From Psammoneis japonica (Eukaryota), in assembly GCA_008632985.1 (NCBI GenBank), contig QPGO01000005.1:248001-312000 (forward strand): a DNA stretch of 64,000 nt, written 5' to 3'. Of the stretch, positions 36,831 through 47,961 are shown piece by piece. The position numbers were made by a program, and so were the translations under genes. Every line of letters starts with the position of its first letter. The first letter of the stretch is position 1. The notes beneath the pieces are model-generated. The model saw nothing but the letters and a program-made list of their open reading frames with translations. It had not been told where the DNA came from and ran no database searches.

Positions 36831-39792
36831 CAAAAAAATGTTTGTGCCCCAAAGAAACATTTTGTCTCAACTGTGATTGGAGCTTGGCAGATCAGACAAA
36901 TGCCATCAGTTTTCCTCAAATTTGAACAAATTTCAATGCTCGTTTGAGGGCACCTGTGCCCCAGCTTTGGAAACATGTGCCTTGATGGCCAACAAATGAT
37001 GCAGCCTTTGGCGCGGCATGCACACCTGAAATGACAGAGGGCCCACAGGGCACAGAGTGTGCAAAGTTGACACTCAACCATGGCAAAGTTGACGCACCTG
37101 CTTTTCTTTTTTTGTGTGAACCCACGCTGCAATGGCAATGCAGAGCCAACACACAAAGCATCTTTGTGGTCTGGGAACTCCATTGCATGGCATGCATGGT
37201 TGCAAAATGGACAAAAATGCCTTGAAAATTGAGTCAAGCATTGCGCCCACATTCCAAACTGCTCCATGCTCTGTTTCAAACTGCTGGCCATCATGAACAG
37301 ACACAGTGCCCAGCATGATGAACAAGCTCATGCCAACAAACCGCAAGAGCATGGCTGCATCAATCATGGTCAAGAGGTGTCCAACATTCCCAAGGCCTTC
37401 CTCATGTTGCAAGCCATGGGCAAGTGCAAAAACAAGGAGGTGCTGAAAGCAATGCAGCTGCAGTGCATGGCAGACTGCTGCAGTGACACCCTGACAATGG
37501 TTTTGCTTGAGCAGCCAGTGGCTGGTGCACTCATTTTGTAAAGTCTCTTCCTCTGATGCAGTGAAATCTGAGAGCAGCAATGACAAGCAATGCCCGCTGC
37601 ACAATGATTGTGTGACACCTCATTGTCATTGCCCACACATGCTTGAAGAGGACAAGGATGAACTCTGGGAACAACCCAATCAGCTGGCCAAGCAGCGCAC
37701 CACCAAGTGAGTTTGTTTCATGCAACAGAGTGGTGATTGCCAAAGAAGACAAAGCACAAGTGCAGCTGATCCTGCCATGTGCTGATCTGGAACATTTTCT
37801 GCCATCCCTTCTTTGAGAGGAGAGTGCCAAGACAAGCAAAACCAAAAGACAACATTTGCAACAGACATGTGGCATTTTGCAGACCACAATGTCATTGTGA
37901 AGTGTGTTGCGTGCATGACAACATGATGCTTGCTTTGCAGTTCAATTGTGTCAACAAGCTTTTGACTGATGAAAGATTTGCAGTTTCGCCAAGTGGGCAC
38001 ACAAACAAAAACTGGGCAACCATGCTGCTGCATGACAACACAAACAAGGGATCACATGAAGAAAACAAATGCCATGCACAAACAGACTGTGTGCTCCACA
38101 ATGACAGAGAGACAATCCAATGACATGCAACCATGATCCATTTTCACATGAGATTTCTCCCTGTTCTTGGGCTTGGAGTTTGGAAAGCAATTCAACCTTC
38201 TTTTCCAAGTTCTGACATTTGTTTTTCACATCCACACCAGAGAGCCAACTAAGAGCAATGTTGTGAACCAGGAGATTGCTCTTGATCTGACTCCAGCTTC
38301 ACTTGCCATGTTTTTTCAAGGCATGATGCAATGCCTGAGTCTCCTCATCAGCCCATTGAAAGCAGCACTCCCCCCCCCACACACACCTCCTGGACCAGTT
38401 GGTTGCATCCCACCCACCACCTTGCCCTCTCCTCACAAGCAGAAGTTTAGACCTTGGAATGTTCTGGAGCAGTGCTGAGCTTCACACCCTCCTCCAGTTC
38501 TTCCCACTCCTCCTCCTCTGATGTGCAGCTGAGCCCCAGCACTCATGCAGTTGGCTTTGGGGTCATGGCTGTGTGTTGCTCATCAATGGGGCCAGGCCAG
38601 CTGGATGACCAGGAAGGAAATTGCACAGACAGAGTGGGAGTGACAGACAACTCCTCTGGCAGATGCTGGTTTGTGGGACAACAGAAGGGTGTGAGCAGGG
38701 AGGGGCTGGGGCTGGGCAGCAAGGTGCTGCAAAAACTCACAACAATTGCAATGGGCTTCTGCAGCATCTGGGAAGGGGGAGTGCCACACGGTGTAGGAAC
38801 TGGGGTGTCAGGATCAAAGTTGCAGCAGACATTGGAGACACAAGGAGATGGGGCAAAGAGGAGATGGCACAGCAGGTGTGGTGGAGGGTGCTCTTGGTCT
38901 GAGACAGACAAACGGTCAAGATCAGTGTGGAACAAGGAAGCTTTTTGTGCAAGGCAAGTGCAGACAAAGTCAGCACTGCCCTGACAGGCTGGCCAAGGAA
39001 GCAGAGGCCAGCTGCAACTTTTGGTGAAAGCAGAGGGTTTGCAGTGGGGTTGAGGAAGGCAAGTGCCTTGTGCAAGGCATCTGCGCTGTCAGGCAGGGAC
39101 AGCCTTGGAGTGGGCTAGAACCAGAGATGGAGGTTGGGATGCACATCTTCAAGCAATTGAGTTTTGTGCCATGCTGTGGGCCAATCTGGGTGAGCTGCAG
39201 AAAGAACCACAGCAGCTTGGCATGCAGCAGCCAGACACTGGCATCATTTGATGATGGGAAAACAGCAGAAGTTGTTTGAGGAAAGTGCTCCGGCTTCCAG
39301 CTGCAGCAAGACACTTCATTTGCCAGAGTTGTCACAATGCCAACATGTGTTGGGAGAGGCACAGCAGAGGTCAAGTGAAGAGAGGCACCAGAAAGTGCGG
39401 GGTTCTGCACAACAAGCAGGGTTGGCGTTTGGCATCAAGAACCTCCCTGCGGCATTCAATGTTGGTGTGGGTGGTGCGGATGAGGCAGTCAAGGCCACCT
39501 TTGATGCCGGCCCTGAATTGGTCATCTGGGAGGAGGCAGTGGGTGAGGGCAGGAGCCTTCACAGTGAGAGAGCCTGCGACACATTGGACGTCAGTGTTGC
39601 CACAGCCAATGGGCCATGGCTTCTTCTTGAGGTTTGTTTGGTCTTTGTGCAGTGTGACATGGATGGAGCAACTGCTGGCTGGCAGAGGGATGGGCAGATT
39701 TCATTGGAGGGGCCAAACTGGCTTGGACCAGGAGAATGAACTGCTTCTTGAGTGTTTTGAAGCATGTGGGCCTCCTCATTTGAGTCTTGCCA

Positions 39793-40026
39793 CCCTGCAC
39801 AAGAAGTCTGGAATGTTGAGCTGCGTAGAAACCGTCGTAGAGTCAGCACCAGGGTGGTCAAAAAAGTCTGGAACATCCGATTTTGACAAAAAACACGCAG
39901 AATCTGGTGCAGAGTCAGTGCCAGGAACATCCAGAAAAACATGAAAAATCCCGCTGTTCCAGACTTTGTTGGCTTTTCTGGTGCAAATTCTACGCAGGAA
40001 TGACATTCCAGACTTTTTGTGTCGGG
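39793..40026. mobile_element. MITE (234 bp) with ~38-bp imperfect TIRs
   Basis: Left ccctgcacaagaagtctggaatgt...ctgcgtagaa, right ttctacgcag...acattccagactttttgtgtcggg. Flanked by ca/ca. Absent from the paralog near 43330. Confidence 0.75.
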
Positions 40027-40195
40027 CAGCTTGGGGGGCACAAAGACTTTAAAGAAGGTGCAGGCCTTGAGTGGGTTGATGGAGTTGGCACCAAGGATTG
40101 GCAGCAGTGCCCAGCTTCTTGCAGCAGCACTTGCGGCCAAGAGCTGCCAGGAGCTGCTTGTGTCCATCTGTTGCCTCAGGTGGGGGGGGGGGGGG

Positions 40196-40231
40196 NNNNN
40201 NNNNNNNNNNNNNNNNNNNNNNNNNNNNNNN
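40196..40231. other. Assembly gap after a poly-G run
   Basis: 36 N characters. Confidence 0.99.
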
Positions 40232-43200
40232 TTTGAAGTGCAGGCAATTCAGGGTGGGCACAGTGATTGTGTGATGGGACTGTGGTGTGAATGGGGCATC
40301 ATGGCATGGCTGTGATGTGGGCATCAACAAGCAAAGAGCAGACTGACAGACAGATGTTCACTGCAGTTTCCCATGATGCATGCAGATGAATGAAGGTGGC
40401 ATCACACATGCCGCTGCAGGGATGCCTGCTGCAATGGAGATGAAGCTTTCTGTTGCATGTTAATCCTGATGTTGACCAGAGTTGACTGTCAACTGTCACC
40501 TGTTTCTCATGATGTGTTTGGTGCTCCTCTTGGCCCTTCTGCCAACACAAAGCATTTCTTGAGAGCAGAGTTGTTGGGCATGCTGGTGTTTCTTCAATGC
40601 GGGCCGATGATGTCATGACCGTTCTGTCAAAGAAGAAGAGTCAGACTGAGGGGCAAGAAGAACATCAAAGGTTTCTTGATGCTGCCAGGGTTGGCTCTCA
40701 GATGACAGCCAATGCCAGGACAAGCTGTTGGATGAGTGATGCATCTTGGCAGAGGCAAGCTCACTGATGAAGATGGGGAGCTTGTTGTTGAGCACAAATG
40801 CACCATTTTGCTCTGTCAGCAGGGAACCTGTTGATGAGTGCAGTCACTTGCATTTGTCAAGGATTTTGTTTGGAGGATGGTCCTGTTGTGATTGCAAAGT
40901 CATCAATGAGGGGCAAAAATGAGGTTGGAGTTTCTGGCCACTTTGACGCCAGTTGTCCCATTGTGGCTCATGCTTGCTCTGGGGCAAAGGTTTCCTTTTG
41001 CAGGGCTCTGCAACTCCAACCCTGCATGGGCTTTTTTTGTGGACAACCCAATTGAACAAGGAGATCAGCCACCACATGTTGTTGTTAACTTTGACAGCTG
41101 CTGTGGACTGGCATGGGACAATTCATTGTTGTCTGAAGGTGGCACATGTTTTGATGTGCTTGGCTGGGTGTCATGACAGAGCATGCTCATCTAAATGGAG
41201 TGCACTTGTCTTTCTCCAAGCGTGCTCCTGTTCCTTGCATTGCACATCTTTGCAGCTGCCTTTGCTGTGAGCAAACCTCTTGTCCACTGAGGCAGCCACT
41301 TGCTTGGACAGCAGATGCATTTTGAGAACAAATGGCTGGGCAGTCTGAGCCTGGGAAGCCACCTCCTGATGACATTTTTTGGACCCTGGTTCTTGTGCTT
41401 TCAAGGTGTGCAACAAGCCTGGGATTTTCTGTGATGTGTTTGGAAAGGAAAAGTCAACTAGAGAGCTGGGGGAGGATGGCAGGTGCATGGGTTCTGCGAT
41501 GTTCTTCTGTGACTTTGTGCTTGGGCTGGTGGGCACTGCTTTGTCAGCACCATGAGTTGCCAGCGCGCAAGGCAGGGATGGCTGACTTGCCAGACAAAAT
41601 GCACAGCACCATCATTTGATGTGACAAGTGGGTTGAACACCTCAAAACTCATGCTTTTCCACCAAGGCTGACAGATGAAAATGCTGACTTTCTGTTTCAG
41701 TGGGCCAAGACAACAAGAATCTTGCTGTTGTGCACCAGTGCATGGGTTGAGAAGCCAACAAAGGCATTTGTGCCAGACATGCCTCATTGGCTGGCATTTT
41801 TGTGGTGTTTTCTGTGTGGCTGGAAGCTTGTGTGTCAACAGCGTGCAAAGTGCTTGTGGCGCTGCCTTTGCAATGAACTCTTCTCATCAGACCACACATG
41901 CCAGTGGCTGTTGCAAAGTGGTTGTCTGCCCCCCTTTCACAAAGTCTGTTGAGAGAACAGATGCTTTTGGTGCTCTTCAACTGGGGTGCTCTCATCACTG
42001 TTGCACGGATGACATTGGCATTGAATGTGCCCATGTCCACACAAGCCTGTTCACCACCAAAAAACATGTGCTTTGAAGAAACATGTTGTCTCAACTGTGA
42101 TCAGAATTTCAAACTGCTGACTGTGACAAACAGACATTGTGCTCTGTGCTCCATTTCAAACTGCTGACTGTGACAAACTTACACAGTGCTCAGCATGACA
42201 ACAACAAACCACAAACTTTGTTGGCAGTCTTGCCAACAAACTGCAAGAGTGTGGCTCCGCATGAGTGGCTGTGATTGGGAGGAGCTCAGCGTTTCTGAGG
42301 CTCTCATGTTGCAAGCCATGGTTGATGAATGCAAAAATGAGAAGAAATGCTGAAAGAGATGCTGCTGCAGTGTGCAACACATTGCTGCCGTGACACCTTG
42401 ACAATGGCTTGAAGAGCCAAAATGTGGTGCATTTCACAAAGAAGTCTCTTCCTCTGATGCAGAGAGGAATCTGAGAGAGCAATGATGACAAACAGCACTT
42501 GTCACAGGACTGGAACCAGAGATGGAGGCAAGAATGCACATCTTTGAGCAGCTGAGTTTTGTGCCATGCTGAGGGGCAACATCTGGGTGAGTTGCTCAAG
42601 GAACCACATGGCAGCTTGGTGGGTGGCAACCAGATGCCAGTGGCACAGCCTGATGACTGGGGAGCCACAGAAGTTGAGAGTTGGATGGAGCAAGATGCAA
42701 GCACAGCTTGGTGCTCAGCTGCTTGAGGATGATGCTCAGAGCTCAGGCAGAAAATGGTGGGCCTGGCAGGCAGCATTGGATGAAGCCCTCCAGCTGCAGA
42801 AAGGCGCGCCATTTGTTGGGGTCATTGCAAGACACCAGCATGTTTTGGGGTGGGCAGCCACAGCAGAGGTTAAGTGTGAAGAAGAGAGAGGGGGAGAATG
42901 TGGTGCAAAAGATGGGGTTGGCATCAAAAACCTCCCTGCAAATCTCACAAGAGCATTCATTAAAAATGTTGATGAGGTCAAGGGTGAAAAAGGAGTGTGT
43001 GTTGGAATAATTTCTTCATCCAAGTGGCAGCAGTCAAGGCAGTTGAGGCCACCTTTGGTGGCTGCCATCCCTGAGAATTGCCTGTCTCTGGGAGGAGGGA
43101 GCAGAGGCAAGGGCAGGAGCCTTGGCGGTCATGGCAAAAAGTGCCTGTGACACACTGGGTGGCCATGGGGTGCAACTTGTTGAGGTTTGTTTGGTCTTTG

Positions 43201-43489
43201 TGTGGCACCACCAGATGGACAAAGCAGCTGGCTGGCAAGAGCAGGCTGATCTCATCAGGGGCCACCAAGCTGGCTTGAGCCAGGAGAATGAGCAGATTGA
43301 GTGTTGTGAAGCAGGGCCTTGTTTTGGATTTTGAGGGTGGTGCAGAGACTTTCAAGAGGGCACAGGCCTGGAGTGCATCAGCAGAGTCGACGTGTGACAG
43401 TGTGCCTGGCTTGCACACTTGCTGAGAGCTGCCAGGAGAAGAGCTGCTCGTCTGGCATTTGAAGGGTGGGCAATTTGGGGCGGACACAG

Positions 43490-43640
43490 GGATTGTATGA
43501 TGGGACTGTGATGCGAATGGGGATCATGGCATGGATTGGGGGCATCGACAAGCAAAGAGCGGATAGACAGGCAGACGTTCACTTCTGAGAAGCGAGGGAA
43601 ACCGTACAACGTACAGACCCCAAAAATTTGGCGCGCGATG
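43490..43640 (+). promoter_or_regulatory. Second unmutated copy of the duplicated promoter segment, upstream of the kinase-like gene
   Basis: Matches 31160-31290. A third, mutated and truncated copy is at 40255-40362. Confidence 0.65.
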
Positions 43641-43763
43641 TATGTTCTCGTGTTCCTTTGCGTGCTCGTGTCACCTTGAACTTGATGCCCGATCCATCCT
43701 TCACCTTTCTCAACAACAACGTCTATCTCGTTCGCATCAAGCCTTGATGAAATTTTAACAGAC

Positions 43764-44633
43764 ATGAAGCACTTCAGTCTTCTCATTCTTGTTTCGACTC
43801 TTGTCAAGTCCATCAATGCTTTTGCGGGGGTGAGCACTCGCCCTTTTGCCGCTCATCATTCCCAGGCACCTCGGCCAAAATTGATCCTCATTAGCGGGAG
43901 TCCTGGTACTGGTAAATCAACTTTTGGCATGAGCGTGGCACTCGATCAGGGCATACTAAAATGCATATCCACCGATACAGTTCGAGCCGTCATGAGATCT
44001 TTTGTCAGAGAGGATATTAGTCCAGCCCTTCATCGTTCTTCCTACGAATCGTCGGGAGAAGATGATAACCCCGTCAAGAGCTGGAAAAAGACTTGTACAG
44101 TGCTAGAGGCGAGTTTGAGTAGTCTGGTTCTTGACGCTATTGAACGAGGCCAGAGCCTGGTGCTAGAGGGAGTACATATAATACCATCGTCCGACTTGAT
44201 TGAACTATGGGAAGCAAGCGGTGGAGTTGCGATTGGGTGTCTCTTGACCATTACTGACGAAGAGGGACACAAGGGACAGCTGCGCCGCCGTGGCCTAATG
44301 ACTGGAAAGGATGCGCCGGAGGAGAAAAAGATCAAGTCCTTTGAGCGGATTCGAGCTATTCAGGACGAGATGGTGGCTCTCGCTCGAGCTTCCAAGAATT
44401 GGGTCCTTATCGAACAGAATCTTGCGCCCGATCCCCTCGACATCATCCAATCAAAAATTCTGGATTCCACTCTAGAAGCGACCAACTCTGGTGTGCCGAC
44501 CCTCGAAGAATTATCTCACTTGGAGCAGCATTTGGTGCAAGTGGAGGAGGAAATGGATTTGGCGCCGACCGAGGAAGCATCGGAGGAAGATGTGCCTGGC
44601 GATGGTGTTCATCGCGAAGGAGTTTCATTCTGA
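43764..44633 (+). CDS. 2-phosphoglycerate-kinase-like P-loop NTPase, probably plastid-targeted
   Basis: 'LILISGSPGTGKST...ISTDTVRAVMR...LHRSSY...SLVLEGVHIIP...F.RIRAIQ'. N-terminal signal peptide ending INA-FAG (ASAFAP-like). Confidence 0.8.
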   Translation: MKHFSLLILVSTLVKSINAFAGVSTRPFAAHHSQAPRPKLILISGSPGTGKSTFGMSVALDQGILKCISTDTVRAVMRSFVREDISPALHRSSYESSGEDDNPVKSWKKTCTVLEASLSSLVLDAIERGQSLVLEGVHIIPSSDLIELWEASGGVAIGCLLTITDEEGHKGQLRRRGLMTGKDAPEEKKIKSFERIRAIQDEMVALARASKNWVLIEQNLAPDPLDIIQSKILDSTLEATNSGVPTLEELSHLEQHLVQVEEEMDLAPTEEASEEDVPGDGVHREGVSF

Positions 44634-46499
44634 GATTAATGCTTTGAAAATATGTACAGGAATACATAGTACTAGTCTAGCTACCTTATATGTAAAAGCG
44701 ACCCTAACGCTGCCTAAAATCAATATGTGTCGGCATCAACGCTCCTGCTCCGACAAGTCCCTGCAAAATGCAGCGGGAGAGAATCAATTGTTCCGTTTCA
44801 GAGAGGAGATTTCCTAACCATCTCTCACTGTTGTTATTGCATGCAATGCAAGACACATTTTTTGGAAACATAAATACCACTGCATTCCTTCTCTCTAGTG
44901 TAGTACTCCCTAGTCTCTAGAGAGCCTACCGCAAGAAGGAAACAGGCTCTCGCACTTTTACCAGGACCGCAGGCCGGCGGAGAGACACAAATCAGTCACG
45001 AAACGGTTAATACTCGTGACTGACTTCTCAGAGACCAGATTGAAGATGGCAGATTGAAGATGCCATTGCGACAATGTTGAGTTGTAAATTAAATGGCAAT
45101 TCTCAACAGCGAACGAAACGAAGACTTGTTTTGCAACGGAAAGGGCTTTATCAATTACCATGGCATTACAAGAATCGTAATGCAATGATAAAGTGAGTGT
45201 GCTACTCTACGGGAGAGAGCATGACTGTTGTCGAAGCTCGGCAGGATTGCTCATTGCGTACTCATTTCTCTTTGTGCCTGCGTTCGCACTAGATTCCTCT
45301 CGATAACGAACGCCCCAACGGTTGCGGTGCTTCGACTAAAGACAGAACCAAAGGTGACGGATTTAGGAATGCGTGCGATTGAATGCAATGGAAAATCAAA
45401 TGGAAGACAATTGGTGGAACAGTGGCGACGGAACAAAATGGGGCCTGACAATCCTACAACGCAATTACTTGAATCCAGCAACGCGGAAAAGAAAATATTC
45501 AAGGGACAAAGAGTCGAGTCCGCACAAAGCAAGCGCAAGGTGATTGAATGCAGATGGTTCACTCGCAATCACTGACGCGGGCATTGTACAATTCCTGGTT
45601 CCAAAGCTGGTGCAGATCCCGCAAGTCGTTCCGATGCAGAAACCAAACACTCTCGCAAATCTCCATACTCCCACAGTCACGACATTATCGCCTATAAAGA
45701 GCAAAAGACCCAACAATAACTCTCTTGAAGACTCCTGTTGTGATCGAAACTAAGGGAACATACCGTTGTCTCCCTTAGCCCTTAGGAGGTGCTGACTTGA
45801 TGAACAAAATAAGAACTTTGGAATTGATAGATTGAAAATAAGCAACAGCGCATCTACAATTGGCACTTCCACGTCTGCTGGAGAAGCAACAGCGGAAAGT
45901 GATGGAAGTGAGACTAGCTAGAACACCGAACAGAACGTTGCAGTCCCAGCGACACCTCGTGACAAATATGTATGCAGGCTAACGAGAATGTCCACAACAA
46001 AAACAGCAGTTACGGGATCGACTCTAGCCTCGAGAGTCACCGAATAAGCTTGACGAAATGGCTGGAGAAATCATTATGATCTTTGAGGATACTGATTAAA
46101 GCGAGAGTCAGTCCAGGTCGAGTGCTTAGAACTCTTCTGGCGACGGCTTGAAGCCATCGCGTCTGAATCAACGGATCGAGAAGATTTACAAGAAAATGAG
46201 CCTTTCAGAAGCGACTCGTACCAAACTCAATAAGCACAGCAAAAGTAGAAGGAGACATTCCAATTTAAACGCACGTGCTGTCTCTCCACCCAGCAGCCGC
46301 AGCGACGGCTCATCACCGAGCCCTGCTTCTGCTTACAGTTGAGTGAGCCAATAACATCATGATGCGGAGCTCACGGCTGTGCGAGATTCAAATGAAGGCA
46401 CAACAGACAGCACGGATGATCAAAGCATCACTCTAAGTTGTTTCTCTTTCACAACTGAAGCGGGATTTCTCATACCTGGATTTCAGCGGACAAGTGGCT

Positions 46500-47600
46500 G
46501 TCGAACGCGGAACAATGTAGAGTACTTGGAAAGGCATCTCGGGGGGGTGCCACCCCCGGAGATATCTCTGCTGTCGTCTCCTCTGGTGACGTTAAATCTG
46601 CACAGTAACTTAACTCAAAAATAGCAGAGACGACGGGCATAGTTTCTTGCAAGAGTTGACGAACCTGCGTCACTTGAATGTTGGCTTGAACGACTTCATC
46701 GACGAAGGCATCCCGTTCCAGTTTGCCAAGCTGACGTATTTGCTTGTCCTGGACGTTTCAAACTTGGGCTACTTGGGAGAGTTCAACGGAAAGGTACTTC
46801 AGGGATTGCACGTTGTAAAAGACCTTCAGAATCGGCGGGAACTACTTCAATAGTCGAATTGGATTGGCAAGGCCAAGTCTCTCGAGTACCTGCGCGTTGA
46901 AAACTCAGGCATTACTTGCTCCTTCTACAGACATTACGAGCATTTCTCCCACGAAAAACACCCCGAGTAAGAAGTCCCAGCGTCGTCAACGAAACGCAGA
47001 AAGAAGAGATCAACGCCCAAAAGGTTATGGACATGTTTCCCTCTGCTAAAAAGCTTATGGGAATGGACTTGGGAGACTTGGCTTCTGCTCTTGCTATGGC
47101 GTCTGTAAAACAGAATGATTTGAAATTTGAGAAGGATGTGTTGGAGTGAGCCATTAATCATCACTCCCCATTGGTTGAAAAGCGTGTTAATCCGCTCACC
47201 ACCCAGACTGCCAAAGTGCATCCGCCACGGGCGCCGCATCCGACAAAATTTGGCTGAACGTGAGTTAAGCGGGTTGCTCAGCAAAAGAGACAAGTGCTTC
47301 AATGACTTGGACCCGTCGGGTGGATTGCCATCCGAGATTTGTCGCCCATGACCTTTATGCAACAAAAGGCATTGGGTAAGTCCTTCCGTTCATCTCTGTG
47401 GTCGCTACGGACGATTCAGAGCACCGGGATTCCTCCCATGCCAGGAGCGCTGCCGAATACTCATATGAGTCGGGAAGTCTGTCTGGAAACAAGTTTCTGG
47501 AGGATATGGAGTTTGCCCGAGAGTGACTACGGTGCTATCCTGACTGTTCCACCACTTACTTCTTCAAACTTCCCTGTTGAGCAAAAGCAACAGCGACGAG
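46500..47600 (+). pseudogene. Fragmented leucine-rich-repeat gene
   Basis: LRR-like pieces 'LGGVPPPEISLLSSPLVTLNLHSN', 'LTNLRHLNVGLNDF..IPFQFAKLTYLLVLDVSN' and 'SGGLPSEIC', in different frames with stops. Confidence 0.55.
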
Positions 47601-47961
47601 CTGACATTGCACGCTTCTCCTCTACGGCCCTTCAACAATCTCGAAAAGATACGGGACAGCTAAGAACGGTTGAATCCAGTGCCGTAAGGTGTTAGCAGGT
47701 TTGCTGGTTAATTGCTGGCGGTCCCGTTTGTGTGTTCTGTTTGTTTCCAAGTTGAAAGTGCAGTGGACACCTTGCAGCTTCTTTCATAGCTATGGAGGTA
47801 AATCCCGATACAGGCGATTGGTCTCACGCTGCTTCGGAATCGGCGGGTCAGGCGAAACAAGCTCTCAAAGCGTCTTTGGGTATGAACGGCGCATGGGTCT
47901 TGTGACCGCTCCTTACCGTGGAGGAAAAGAAACTGCCTCCTACTCTTTCGCTCATTCTTGA

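Larger units (their letters stand above)
33440..43490. other. Repeat-rich block B, depleted of TpA and CpG
   Basis: Same composition as block A. The left edge is gradual (about 31.6-33.4 kb) and the right edge is sharp at about 43490. Confidence 0.9.
34560..43585 (+). repeat. Internal tandem segmental duplication: ~34560-37600 matches ~40375-42490, and ~39110-40360 matches ~42505-43585
   Basis: Shared anchors: 'gcatttcttgagagcagagttgttg' (34749/40552), 'aagtctcttcctctgatgca' (37541/42442) and 'gaaccagagatggagg' (39118/42513). Confidence 0.85.

Noticed and set aside
33440..43490. Classical fungal RIP
   Set aside because: RIP converts CA/TG to TA and raises TA and AT content. The trend here is the opposite.
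31160..43640. Treating the flanking direct repeats as LTRs of a 12-kb retrotransposon
   Set aside because: No TG...CA ends, PBS, PPT, TSD or gag/pol. The repeats sit in promoter position for two host genes.
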